DNA from: SAR202 cluster bacterium
Lineage (GTDB): Bacteria > Chloroflexota > Dehalococcoidia > Lucifugimonadales > GCA-2719675
Reading direction: 5' to 3'
NCBI GenBank assembly: GCA_009392295.1
Contig: VFGW01000006.1
Span: 27,721-91,720 of the forward strand
DNA length: 64,000 bases
Shown: positions 9,812 through 19,920 of the stretch, in pieces
Layout: each line of letters begins with the position of its first letter
How positions within the stretch are numbered: the stretch's first letter is position 1
Translations under genes and position numbers: made by a program
The notes under the pieces: generated by a model
The model's database searches: none
What the model saw: the letters and a program-made list of their open reading frames with translations, nothing else
What the model was told of the DNA's origin: nothing

Positions 9812-11031
9812 AAAAAATTGCTAATTTACAATATTTAAAATACAAAGGAGTCAGGCAACTATTTATTACTTATTTGTTAGGTGGGTATAATCAATCAATA
9901 CAACATGTAGTAATTGGGTGGTTTACTTACAATCTTACCAACTCACCTATCTTAACAAGTTTGACTCATGGCGTAGCAACAATTCCAAATATTATTACTG
10001 GACCAATAGGTGGTTATTTAGCTGACAAGTTTGACAGAAAAAATATTTTAATATTTTCAAATATTGGCGCACTGATAATTACTGCTATTTTCTCATATCT
10101 AATCTCAAAAAGTTTCTTCCAGGTATCATGGATTTTCATATTCCTATTTTTAAAAGGAGTTATATATAATTTATCTGGATCAAGTGGCCGTGCAATTTTG
10201 GCAAATGTAATTCCGAAAAACCAAAAGATACTGACTGAAGCAACGGCTATAACAATTGCTTCTTACTTCATAGCAACAACATTAATACCACCATTTGCAG
10301 GAAAATTATTTCAATTAACAGGTCCTTCATTCACTCTAGGAACAATTAGTATCTCACTTTTTTTTGCAATATTAATCTTCTCTCAAGTAAAAATGATCAG
10401 CCCTGAAGAAAAAGCAAAATCGCCAGCTAATTTTAAAGAAATATTTTATTTCATCACAGAAAAACCTATACTTCAATTAATGTTATTTTCTAAATCGACA
10501 ATTTGGATGATTATCACCCCATTTACACATGGAATACTCCCTATTTTTGCAAAAGATATACTCAATACTGATTCAGTAGGTCTTGGAATACTTTTTACAT
10601 CACTAGGTTTAGGAGGTTTAACAGGAAGCCTAATAGTTATTTTTCTCAGTAAATTTCACACCACTAAAGCAATAATAATAATTTTTCTGTTTCTTTCATT
10701 TATCGCAATGCTATTATTATCTATCTCAAATTCAATGTTCTCAACAATCACATGTCTCTTTTTAATCAACGTTACGGTAATGGGCAACCTGACCTATATT
10801 CAATCGAATATTCTATTTCAAAGTAAAGATGAATTCAGAGGAAGAATATCTTCAATAGACTCATTAAATATGGCTATGGCTCCTATAGGGAATTTTTCTG
10901 TAGGTTTCCTCATAAAATTTTATAATATTTCTAGGGCAATACAAATTGGAAGTTTCACTGGAATAATAATAACAATTTTAAGTATATTTCTTTTCCCCAA
11001 TTTAATGGAGATTAAAGATAAAAAACAATAG
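9808..11031 (+). CDS. MFS transporter (DHA3/MFS_3-like)
   Basis: GYLADKFDRK and FRGRISS; ATGA overlap with the upstream stop. Confidence 0.88.
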   Translation: MKKIANLQYLKYKGVRQLFITYLLGGYNQSIQHVVIGWFTYNLTNSPILTSLTHGVATIPNIITGPIGGYLADKFDRKNILIFSNIGALIITAIFSYLISKSFFQVSWIFIFLFLKGVIYNLSGSSGRAILANVIPKNQKILTEATAITIASYFIATTLIPPFAGKLFQLTGPSFTLGTISISLFFAILIFSQVKMISPEEKAKSPANFKEIFYFITEKPILQLMLFSKSTIWMIITPFTHGILPIFAKDILNTDSVGLGILFTSLGLGGLTGSLIVIFLSKFHTTKAIIIIFLFLSFIAMLLLSISNSMFSTITCLFLINVTVMGNLTYIQSNILFQSKDEFRGRISSIDSLNMAMAPIGNFSVGFLIKFYNISRAIQIGSFTGIIITILSIFLFPNLMEIKDKKQ

Positions 11032-11100
11032 ATTATATTTTTAAGCTATGATATTTTGATTGCATCAATCAAATCATTCAAAAATGGAGTTCTATTACAA

Positions 11101-12159
11101 ATGAATAATCATAAAGTTTACAGAGTTGGTTTAGTAGGATTTAGAGGTAGAGGTAGAGGGTTAGCAAGCTTTTGGAATACAGTCCCTAACGCAAAACTAG
11201 TAGCTCTTGCGGACGACGTCAAAGAACATTGTGATGAAGCAAAAGTCCTTTATCCTGGACTTCAAACTTTTAACTCACATAAAGAAATGCTTGATAATGC
11301 GGATATTGATATATTAACCGTTGGAACACGACCAAAATACAGACCTCCAATTGTTAAAGATGGAGCAGAAACTGAAAGTGTAAAAGCTATATATGTAGAA
11401 AAACCAATCGCAAACTCACTTGATCAAGCTACTAAGATGATTGAGCAATGTAAAAAAACTAACACTTTATTTACTATAGGAAATCAGAGACGTTGGTGCC
11501 CAGCTTGGACAAAAGTTCGAAACTCAATAAAAGAAGGTTTAATAGGTAGACCAACTAACGGATATGCTTTCTGGTCAACAGCTAGAGTAGGTTCAAATGG
11601 TACACATTTTTTTGATGCAATCAATTTTGTTTTAGACAGTACCCCAGTTGAAGCAATAGCAAAACTAGATAATAAAGTAGATCTTACAAAAATGGATGAC
11701 AGTCCACTTACTCAAGGAATTAAAGAAGATCCTGGAGGACTTGGCATTGTAACTTATGATAATGACGTGAGAATTTCTTATGAATTTATGCCTGATACAA
11801 CAAACGATTATACTTTCATTTTTTGCGGAACAAAGGGAAGAATTGAATTCAATAATGATTTCTCATATTTAGAATATAGGGCCCGTGATGAAGATTCTAG
11901 ATCATTTAGAGGCAATTCCAAAATGACAACAAGGAACTTCGAAGTACCTGAAACAACTGATGAAATTATGGTCAGTAATGGATATAAAGAAATGATTAAT
12001 TGTATAGAAACTGGTAAGGAATCTTCTTCTTCTGGTGAAATTGGTAGACAAGCACTTGAATTGATTGTAGCTTTCCACTTGTCATCAGAAGCCGGAACAA
12101 AGCCAATTAATCTACCTTTACCAAAATCTGCCAACAATAAAACGTTAAATATAACTTAA
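11101..12159 (+). CDS. Gfo/Idh/MocA family oxidoreductase
   Basis: VGFRGRG, YVEKPIA, NQRR and GTHFFD; GGAG upstream of ATG 11101. Confidence 0.87.
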   Translation: MNNHKVYRVGLVGFRGRGRGLASFWNTVPNAKLVALADDVKEHCDEAKVLYPGLQTFNSHKEMLDNADIDILTVGTRPKYRPPIVKDGAETESVKAIYVEKPIANSLDQATKMIEQCKKTNTLFTIGNQRRWCPAWTKVRNSIKEGLIGRPTNGYAFWSTARVGSNGTHFFDAINFVLDSTPVEAIAKLDNKVDLTKMDDSPLTQGIKEDPGGLGIVTYDNDVRISYEFMPDTTNDYTFIFCGTKGRIEFNNDFSYLEYRARDEDSRSFRGNSKMTTRNFEVPETTDEIMVSNGYKEMINCIETGKESSSSGEIGRQALELIVAFHLSSEAGTKPINLPLPKSANNKTLNIT

Positions 12160-12192
12160 ATTCATTTGAACCAAATTTAAACTATTTAAGTT

Positions 12193-12654
12193 TTATTCAA
12201 CAAATTCTATAGCACTTGCCCAGATCCATCCTTCTTGTCCAGTACTAATGATTCTAATTTTAAGTAACCCAGTAAAATACTTATCCCCTACTGGATTTTC
12301 TTCTGATTTTATAACTGAATAGAAACAAGATGCTTCTCCAATTACTTCAATATTAGACTCTAATGAAATTTCAGAAGCTTCTTCTTGATTAATTGAACAA
12401 AAATCTTCTTTACCACCTCCCCTCCAATCAGGCTTAACTCTTATCAAAGCTTCTGTATAAGAAGGAAAAAGTAATACAGGTAAATCATAGTAAGGTTGAT
12501 CTGGTCCTTCTTTGGAAGACAAAGCTTGGTTTGCAGCTTGAGCCGTAGGTTGTTTTAATACTGCAGTCTTGAATGATGTTTCTGTTCCGCCACAATACAA
12601 AACAAAAACTAAAACAAACATTGAAAATAAACCTAGTAATCTATTTCTCATCAT
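12193..12654 (-). CDS. Hypothetical lipoprotein, 'TGQEGW' family paralogue 2
   Basis: Hydrophobic signal ending VLYC-GG; C-terminal KIRIISTGQEGW. Confidence 0.78.
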   Translation of the reverse strand: MMRNRLLGLFSMFVLVFVLYCGGTETSFKTAVLKQPTAQAANQALSSKEGPDQPYYDLPVLLFPSYTEALIRVKPDWRGGGKEDFCSINQEEASEISLESNIEVIGEASCFYSVIKSEENPVGDKYFTGLLKIRIISTGQEGWIWASAIEFVE

Positions 12655-12741
12655 CTTCTCACTTTCTCAAAATGATAGATAAAATTTGTACTTGCGATGT
12701 TAACAAAATTCACATGCAAAAAACAATGTTTTATATAATTC

Positions 12742-13731
12742 CTATTGAAAAGCTTGAATATTTTTCGCATTATTAAAAAATATATCTTCAATATCATTAA
12801 CAGATAGATTCATTAATACTGCTGCCTCTTTTAAAGCCATAATTGATTCATATCCCACTAATGTAGGAACGACTCCATTAATATTATTTTGTTTTGAAAA
12901 ATCCTGTAAAGTTTTAGCAGTCAACCAAATAAATTCATCAGCAATTCTGATACACCTCCCTAGAATATGAGATACAGGAAAATCTGAACCATAAAGTAGT
13001 CTTTGATGTCCAAATGAATTAATGATAGCTTGAAAAGCACCACTCTCTGTAATAGCAGATGTATCAAAAAAAATATTTTCATGTCTTTGCAAAGAATCGA
13101 TTCCATTAATTGTATTCCACGAATTAAAACCTCTACCAGCATGAGCAAGTATGATTATCATATTGGGATACTCTTTGGCAAAACGATTAATTACTTCTAA
13201 ATTTTCTGGATCTGCTAAAGATTTTGGTTTAACAATATGTAATGTGATAGTCATTTTTTCAGTGTTAGCAAATTCTACTTGTTCTTCAGTTAAATATTCT
13301 TGAATCAGAGAATTTTGTGTGATTTTACGTTTAGAAAACAAATGGTAACATTTCAACCCCCTGAAACCATATATATCTACCATAGTTTGAATTTGACGAA
13401 CTGATGTTTGAGGAGAAATCAACATTTGATGAAAAAAACCAGGTTTTCCTCTAACTTCTTCTGCAATATATTTATTTGCCAAATCAAGATCTAAGGTTTT
13501 TCTAGGAAAAGGGAAACAATTAGCTTGAATTTCTCTACCCGGCAAAAATTGATCCATTATTTGTTCAAAAAAATTTATACCAACATTTTGAGGAGTATTG
13601 ATATTAGGTAAATCATGATTGTTCATATGTTTAGTATTATATAAATGAACATGTGCATCAAAAATTTTTGATGGTACAAAATCTCGAATATTATTTATAT
13701 AAAAGTCACTGTCTTGCGGAAAATCTATCAA
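12742..13731 (-). CDS. Amidohydrolase_2 family metal-dependent hydrolase
   Basis: FDAHVH, ILAHAG, FFDTSA and LLYGSDFP. Confidence 0.87.
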   Translation of the reverse strand: MIDFPQDSDFYINNIRDFVPSKIFDAHVHLYNTKHMNNHDLPNINTPQNVGINFFEQIMDQFLPGREIQANCFPFPRKTLDLDLANKYIAEEVRGKPGFFHQMLISPQTSVRQIQTMVDIYGFRGLKCYHLFSKRKITQNSLIQEYLTEEQVEFANTEKMTITLHIVKPKSLADPENLEVINRFAKEYPNMIIILAHAGRGFNSWNTINGIDSLQRHENIFFDTSAITESGAFQAIINSFGHQRLLYGSDFPVSHILGRCIRIADEFIWLTAKTLQDFSKQNNINGVVPTLVGYESIMALKEAAVLMNLSVNDIEDIFFNNAKNIQAFQ

Positions 13732-13760
13732 ATTATTACACCTGTTAAAATACTCATATT

Positions 13761-14990
13761 CTATTCTAAACTTGGAAGAATTGGTTTAACTTTTTTATAA
13801 ACATAAAAAGAAATAAGTCCACAAAAAATTATTGTTATAATCCCATTAAAGGCAAATGCATCCCTTACAGTTGTGTGTTCTGCAACAGAACCAATTAATA
13901 GTCCTCCAAATGATGTCCCTGCCCAAGTCAACTGATATAAACTCATTACTCTTCCTCTAAATTTCTCATCTACTAAACTTTGAGTCAATGTGTTGTTGAC
14001 TACCCCAAAAGACATCCCAACAATTCCTAAAAACCCAATTAATACTAAAGAAAAATTGATATCAGGTGCGTATGACAAAGCTAGAATTCCAAAACCAATC
14101 AACAAGGCAGAATTTGTATGGATGATTCCAAATAATCTTACTTTGGAATAGAAAGATAAAAATACAGTTCCTAGCAAACCACCTAAACCTGCAGAAAACA
14201 GCATATAACTATATCCGTAGACACCAGTTCCTAAAGTAAGATCTGAAAAAGTGGGTAATAAAGTGGAATATGAAGTTCCGAAAATTCCAACTAATAACCC
14301 GGAAAACATTACCCAACCAATTACTCGATGATTCAAAATATAAAAAATCCCATCAATTAAATCTGATAAAATACTAGATTTTTCTGAAGAAAAGTTTTGT
14401 TTAATATTAGGCATAACTAAAAACATTATTACAGTTAAAACATAAGATATACCTACTAATAAAAATAAAGTTTCAATACCAAAATATTTTACGACAGGAG
14501 CAAAATATGCAGGACCAATTAATCCTGCACCACTAAACATAAAAGAATAAACTAGTATCGCATTTGGAACCTCTGATTTAGGAACCAAATTGGGTACAAT
14601 TGCGGCCCTAGATGGTATATCAAAAGCCATTAGTGTACCAGTACATAATGTTATAATAATTAACTGCAACGGATTAATATAATCTTGAAAAATTAAAAAT
14701 CCAGTTATAAATGCAAAAAAAGCAAAACATCCTCTAGTAAAAGTAACTAATTTAAGCCTATCAACTCTATCCGCAACCACTCCACCAAATACAGAAAAAA
14801 ATAATAGAGGAATAGAGCCTGAAAGAGCTAATAATCCTAACATAAATGGGGAATTCGTTAATTCCTGCATTAACCATGACCTACCGGCTCCTAATGCCCA
14901 AATACCTAAGTTTGAAAATGCATTGCCAATCCAAAAAATTGTATAGGATTTATGTTTAAATATTGAAATTACTGAAATAAAATTTTTCAT
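13761..14990 (-). CDS. MFS transporter (DHA3/MFS_3-like)
   Basis: GVVADRVDR, PSRAAIVPNLV and FRGRVMS. Confidence 0.9.
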   Translation of the reverse strand: MKNFISVISIFKHKSYTIFWIGNAFSNLGIWALGAGRSWLMQELTNSPFMLGLLALSGSIPLLFFSVFGGVVADRVDRLKLVTFTRGCFAFFAFITGFLIFQDYINPLQLIIITLCTGTLMAFDIPSRAAIVPNLVPKSEVPNAILVYSFMFSGAGLIGPAYFAPVVKYFGIETLFLLVGISYVLTVIMFLVMPNIKQNFSSEKSSILSDLIDGIFYILNHRVIGWVMFSGLLVGIFGTSYSTLLPTFSDLTLGTGVYGYSYMLFSAGLGGLLGTVFLSFYSKVRLFGIIHTNSALLIGFGILALSYAPDINFSLVLIGFLGIVGMSFGVVNNTLTQSLVDEKFRGRVMSLYQLTWAGTSFGGLLIGSVAEHTTVRDAFAFNGIITIIFCGLISFYVYKKVKPILPSLE

Positions 14991-15152
14991 GAATTCGATT
15001 TTAATTCAATATTCAAATAATTTATACTTGTAAATTTAATAGAATTATTCATCAATAAAATTATACTCTTGAAGAATTTTATTGTTAAATCAAATCAAGC
15101 TTTAATGCTATAATTTGATCAAAATTTAAGTAGTCTAATTAAGGAAGATGAA

Positions 15153-15968
15153 ATTATCAAAGATCTTAACGGAAAAGTAGCAATGATCACAGGGGCTGGC
15201 CGATTACGTGGAATTGGCAGGTCTACTGCTTTAGCTTTAGCAAAATCAGGTGCATCTGTTGCAGTATTAGATCTCTACAAAAATTTACCCTTCAAAGCAA
15301 ATGATGAAATCAAAATTGGATGGACTGGAATTACCAGTTTAGAAAAAGAAATCACTCAATTAGGTAAATCAGCTATCGCAATTAAATGTGATGTCACGAA
15401 TAAAAAATCAGTTGCTCAGGCTGTTAGCCAAATAATCCGAAAATATGGAAAAATAGATATTCTAGTAAATAATGCTGCATATCCTAATGGGGCTGATAGA
15501 GTTAAAATGTCTGAATTAGAATTAGAAATTTTCCAAAAAGTAATGGCTGTAAAAGTCACTGGCAGTTTTTTGTGTACTCAAGCTGTTGCAGAATCTATGA
15601 TTAAAAATAAAAATGGTGGGAAAATAATTACAATTGCTTCTGGTTCAGGTAAAAAAGGATTTGCAAAAAATCATCCATACACTGCAGCTTGCTTCGCACA
15701 AGTTGGAATGACACAATCCTTGGCAAAAGAGTTGGGCCCTCATGGTATTAACGTCAATTGTATTTGTCCAGGACCATTGCATACAGCTAGAGTAGATCAT
15801 AGTCTTAGTGAAATAGAATGGAAACAAGTGTGGGAAAATCTACCCTTAAAAAGCCCTGGAGATGAATCTTTTATAGCATCTTTTATTTCCTTTCTGTGTT
15901 CTGAATCAGCTTCTTGGATAACTGGTCAGGCAATAAATATAGATGGTGGGTCAATTTCAGAACACTAA
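15153..15968 (+). CDS. SDR family oxidoreductase; probable ATT/ATC start
   Basis: In-frame KDLNGKVA precedes MITGAGRLRGIG; NNAA and VNCICPG present; catalytic YxxxK reads YTAAC. Confidence 0.85.
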   Translation: MIKDLNGKVAMITGAGRLRGIGRSTALALAKSGASVAVLDLYKNLPFKANDEIKIGWTGITSLEKEITQLGKSAIAIKCDVTNKKSVAQAVSQIIRKYGKIDILVNNAAYPNGADRVKMSELELEIFQKVMAVKVTGSFLCTQAVAESMIKNKNGGKIITIASGSGKKGFAKNHPYTAACFAQVGMTQSLAKELGPHGINVNCICPGPLHTARVDHSLSEIEWKQVWENLPLKSPGDESFIASFISFLCSESASWITGQAINIDGGSISEH

Positions 15969-16008
15969 TCATAGGAAAAAGTTGTAAAATATTATTTTGG
16001 AGAACATA

Positions 16009-16680
16009 ATGAAAAAAGCTTTAATAGTGACTGGTGGCTGGGAGGGACACGAACCATACAAATCTGCCCAAATATTTAATGAATTCTTAATCTCGTGTGG
16101 ATATGAAACAAAAATATCAACTAACTTAGATGTTTATTTAAATATTGCAGAACTCAAATTAATGAACCTAATAGTACCAGTTTGGACTATGGGAGAAATC
16201 ACCAGAAATCAAGAAAAAAATCTCCTTCAAGCTGTAGCTAGTGGTGTAGGTATTGCTGGATGGCACGGATGCATGGGAGATTCATTTCGCCAAAGTACTG
16301 ATTACCAATTCATGGTTGGTGGACAATGGGTAGCTCATCCTGGTGGAATCATAAATTATGATGTCCAAATAACCAACACAACTGATCAAATCACAAAAGG
16401 CATATCCAATTTTAGTATTTGTACAGAGCAATATTACATGCATGTTGATCCATCCAATGAAGTTCTGGCTACAACTCAATTCAAAGGTGATCAAATTATT
16501 AGTGATATAGCTCCTTATAAGTGTGAATGGATTACTGATAATATAATGCCTGTGGTGTGGAAAAGAAAATGGGGACAAGGAAAAGTTTTTTATAATTCTA
16601 TAGGACATAAACTTTCAGATTTTGATGTGCCTGAAGTATTAGAAATTATCAAAAGAGGAATTCTCTGGGCCTCTAGATGA
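16009..16680 (+). CDS. ThuA-like domain protein
   Basis: GGWEGHEP, GWHGCMGD, EQYYMH and FYNSIGH; GGAG SD. Confidence 0.85.
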   Translation: MKKALIVTGGWEGHEPYKSAQIFNEFLISCGYETKISTNLDVYLNIAELKLMNLIVPVWTMGEITRNQEKNLLQAVASGVGIAGWHGCMGDSFRQSTDYQFMVGGQWVAHPGGIINYDVQITNTTDQITKGISNFSICTEQYYMHVDPSNEVLATTQFKGDQIISDIAPYKCEWITDNIMPVVWKRKWGQGKVFYNSIGHKLSDFDVPEVLEIIKRGILWASR

Positions 16681-16698
16681 CTAAGAAGGATTTTGATT

Positions 16699-17727
16699 AT
16701 GAAGATAGGTGTCGTTGGATGTGGGAAAATTAGTGATCAGTATTTCCAATTTGCTCAAACTAGCAAAAAAATAAAAATTATTTCATGTACTGATCAAATA
16801 CTAGAAAAAGCCATACACCAAAGCACTAAATATTCAATTTCTTACTCAAAATCGATTGAAGAAATGTTACTTAATCCTGAAATAGACACCATTTTAAATT
16901 TAACGCCTCCAAAAGAACATAAAAAAATTACAATTAAGTCAATTAAATCATCAAAGCATGTCTATTCTGAAAAACCTTTGGGTATTAATTCAAAAGAATG
17001 CTATGAAATTTTAGAAGTCGCAAAAAAATTCAATAAACAAGTTTGCTCTGCTCCAGATACCTTTCTAGGAGCAGGAATTCAAAAATCTAAAAAAATAATA
17101 AAAAAAAATTCAATTGGCCAAATTGTACATGCTTCAGCATTTATGGTTTCACCAGGACATGAATATTGGCATCCAAATCCTGATTTATATTATGACATAG
17201 GGGGAGGACCAGACTTAGATATGGCGCCCTATTATCTCACTACATTGGTTTATCTGCTTGGAAAAGTAAAAAGAGTTACAGGATCACATAAAAAAACTTT
17301 TTCTACCCGAAAAATCCTAAGTGAACCCCGTAAAGGCGAAATCATTCAAGTTCAAGCACCAACTCATATTTCAAGTATTCTTGATTTTTATAATGGAGTA
17401 ATATGTACAATGATTATGAGTTTTGATACACACGGTTCAACTTTGCCAAGAATAGAATTATATGGAACTAAAGGTACTTTACACCTGCCTGACCCAAATT
17501 CTTTTGGTGGTCCATTAAAAATTATTAAACCCCAAGAAGAAAGCTGGGAAAACATTCCAATTTCAGAAAATACAGGCCAAAGAGGTATGGGATTAGAAGA
17601 TATGGCTGATTCAATCAAAAACAACATAGTAGCCCAAACTCATTGCCAAAATGCAGCCCATGTTGTAAATATAATAGAATCTGTAAGAATTTCTTCAGAA
17701 AAAAATCAACATATTTATTTAAATTAA
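16699..17727 (+). CDS. Gfo/Idh/MocA family oxidoreductase
   Basis: VGCGKIS, YSEKP, APDTFLG, WHPNP and DMAPYY. Confidence 0.9.
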   Translation: MKIGVVGCGKISDQYFQFAQTSKKIKIISCTDQILEKAIHQSTKYSISYSKSIEEMLLNPEIDTILNLTPPKEHKKITIKSIKSSKHVYSEKPLGINSKECYEILEVAKKFNKQVCSAPDTFLGAGIQKSKKIIKKNSIGQIVHASAFMVSPGHEYWHPNPDLYYDIGGGPDLDMAPYYLTTLVYLLGKVKRVTGSHKKTFSTRKILSEPRKGEIIQVQAPTHISSILDFYNGVICTMIMSFDTHGSTLPRIELYGTKGTLHLPDPNSFGGPLKIIKPQEESWENIPISENTGQRGMGLEDMADSIKNNIVAQTHCQNAAHVVNIIESVRISSEKNQHIYLN

Positions 17728-17739
17728 TAGGTGAAAAAC

Positions 17740-18588
17740 ATGTCACAATTTCCAATCGTTGACTCACATGTACATCTTCTAGACACAAGTAATTTAACTT
17801 ATCCATTTTTCAGTTCAAATCCAAATTTCAGCAACAAATATTTACCATCAGATTATTCAGAGCATATTGAAGATATCAATGTTGAAAAAATTGTATTTTT
17901 AGAATGTAACGTACTAGCACATCAATCAGTTGATGAAGCAAAATGGATAGCATCATTATCAAATAAAGATCCTCGAATCCAATCGATAGTTGCTTACGCA
18001 TCATTAGAAAATGGATCAAACTCTATTTCAGAATTAGAAAAACTTTCTGATATAAAAATAGTAAAAGGTATCAGAAGAAATATTTTCCCTGAAAATAATG
18101 AATTCCATATCAGTAACGATTTTATTAAAGGCGTAAATTTACTTCCAAAATATAACTTTTCATTTGACATTTGCATATCTAGTTCTCATCTTCCAGGCAC
18201 AATAGAACTTGTCAAATCTTGCCCAAATGTTTCATTTGTTTTAGATCATATTGGCAACCCCAAAATACTTGATAATGAATTTGAAGATTGGTCTAAAAAC
18301 ATCACTAATCTATCAAAATTACCTAATATAGCTTGTAAATTATCTGGTGTTGTAACAAATGCTGATCACAAAAATTGGAATGTTGAAAATATTAAACCTT
18401 ATATATTCCATATAGTGGAAAGTTTTGGATTCGATAGAATTTTATTTGGTAGTGATTGGCCAGTAGTAACTCTAGCATCCAGTTATAAAAAATGGTTTAA
18501 TTCACTTAATCAAATTCTAAGAGATATCTCTCCACATGAAAAAGAAAAACTATTTAAAAAAAATGCAGAAAAATTTTATAAAATGTGA
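17740..18588 (+). CDS. Amidohydrolase_2, L-fucono-1,5-lactonase-like
   Basis: DSHVH, KGIRR, VLDHIGNP, CKLSG and FGSDWPV. Confidence 0.85.
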   Translation: MSQFPIVDSHVHLLDTSNLTYPFFSSNPNFSNKYLPSDYSEHIEDINVEKIVFLECNVLAHQSVDEAKWIASLSNKDPRIQSIVAYASLENGSNSISELEKLSDIKIVKGIRRNIFPENNEFHISNDFIKGVNLLPKYNFSFDICISSSHLPGTIELVKSCPNVSFVLDHIGNPKILDNEFEDWSKNITNLSKLPNIACKLSGVVTNADHKNWNVENIKPYIFHIVESFGFDRILFGSDWPVVTLASSYKKWFNSLNQILRDISPHEKEKLFKKNAEKFYKM

Positions 18589-18661
18589 TTTTTCACAAAT
18601 CATTTTATGAATTGAATACAAATAAAATCAATTAAATATGTAAATGTAGATTTATATCCAT

Positions 18662-19519
18662 TTAACTAATTTTCGGGTAATTTAATGGCAAACCTACCTC
18701 GGGGAAATCATACTTGGAAATATGCCATCTACCTAAATTTGCACTTAAAAAAATGTCAAGATTTTCACCACAAAATGCAACATTTGTAGGGGCAGCCATC
18801 ATAGTTCCAAAATAATCAATGGCTAGTACATTTAAATCACCTGAAACATCAAATTTGTAAATTATATCTGGCCTATAACACGAAATATATAAATTACCTT
18901 TAATATCGAATGTTAGACCATCTGGCACTGTTCCTGGCAATTTGACAACAGTTTCAATATCTCCAGCTGAACCATCTGAATTAATCTTAATTCTACAAAC
19001 TCTAGGATTAATACTCATAGCAACATATAAATAATCTCCAATAGGACTAAGGCATATCCCATTTGGAAACTCATTCAATATATCAGAAAAAATTTCACCA
19101 TTCCCGCCTGGTAAAATTTTAAAAATCCTACCATTATTTTCCCTCCAAACACCAGAATCAGAAACAAATAAATTTCCAAATTTATCAAAAGCAGGATAAT
19201 TTGGAGAAGCAATCTTGTCAATTTCATTTCCATCTGAATAAACACTCAGTTCTCCACTCTGAGTCACCTTCATAACTGAACCACTACATACATACAAATC
19301 TCCATCTCCACTCTGTGCTATACCTCCAACAAAATTTTTTGTATTCGCAATTTCTAAAAAAGTTCTATCATTGGTATCTATTTTGTAAATTTGACCAGAC
19401 TCACCACCTGCATAAGCATTTCCTTCGAGCCCACTAGTAATACATTCAGGATGATCTAAACCACTACCAAAACCTCCAACAAAATAAGAAACATCTCGAT
19501 CTACATTTAAAATACTCAT
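18662..19519 (-). CDS. SMP-30/gluconolactonase family beta-propeller
   Basis: HPEC, PNYPAFD, FPNGI, VPDGL and PTNVAF. Confidence 0.87.
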   Translation of the reverse strand: MSILNVDRDVSYFVGGFGSGLDHPECITSGLEGNAYAGGESGQIYKIDTNDRTFLEIANTKNFVGGIAQSGDGDLYVCSGSVMKVTQSGELSVYSDGNEIDKIASPNYPAFDKFGNLFVSDSGVWRENNGRIFKILPGGNGEIFSDILNEFPNGICLSPIGDYLYVAMSINPRVCRIKINSDGSAGDIETVVKLPGTVPDGLTFDIKGNLYISCYRPDIIYKFDVSGDLNVLAIDYFGTMMAAPTNVAFCGENLDIFLSANLGRWHISKYDFPEVGLPLNYPKIS

Positions 19520-19539
19520 TATCAAAACTCCTGAGAAAA

Positions 19540-19905
19540 TTAATTACTCACGACTTTTCCAGTCGAATTTCTTTTCGAATAACCCAAATTAGATTTCTTA
19601 TCATTTTTATTGATCACAGTTTTGCAAGCATCCAAACCTCGATCTCCAATACACAAAATAGTACCTAAAGCTATATAAGCAACATCAACAGCTTCATGTA
19701 TAGCATGTTCCAAATTTCCTTTATTCAACTCTCTAGCAAATTCCCCTGACTCTTCTGATAACAACGATAATCTTTTACGTAAAAGATCTAAAGCCACAGA
19801 ATCACTAGAAAAATCAACTGTATCTACTTGGAATCTCTCATGAAAAGACTCAACACTCTTAGCCAGCATAGAAATTGATTCAGAAAAATCTTCTTGATCA
19901 CTCAT
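19540..19905 (-). CDS. MazG-like nucleotide pyrophosphohydrolase
   Basis: EESGE...HEAVD acidic motif of all-alpha NTP-PPases. Confidence 0.72.
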   Translation of the reverse strand: MSDQEDFSESISMLAKSVESFHERFQVDTVDFSSDSVALDLLRKRLSLLSEESGEFARELNKGNLEHAIHEAVDVAYIALGTILCIGDRGLDACKTVINKNDKKSNLGYSKRNSTGKVVSN

Positions 19906-19920
19906 ATTTAACTCCTCAAT

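Noticed and set aside
8484-15085. Similar TAAAATTAT...AAGAATTTT strings in two divergent spacers next to MFS genes (~8485 and ~15056)
   Set aside because: Spacing differs, and both are explained by a minus-strand -10 box in AT-rich DNA.
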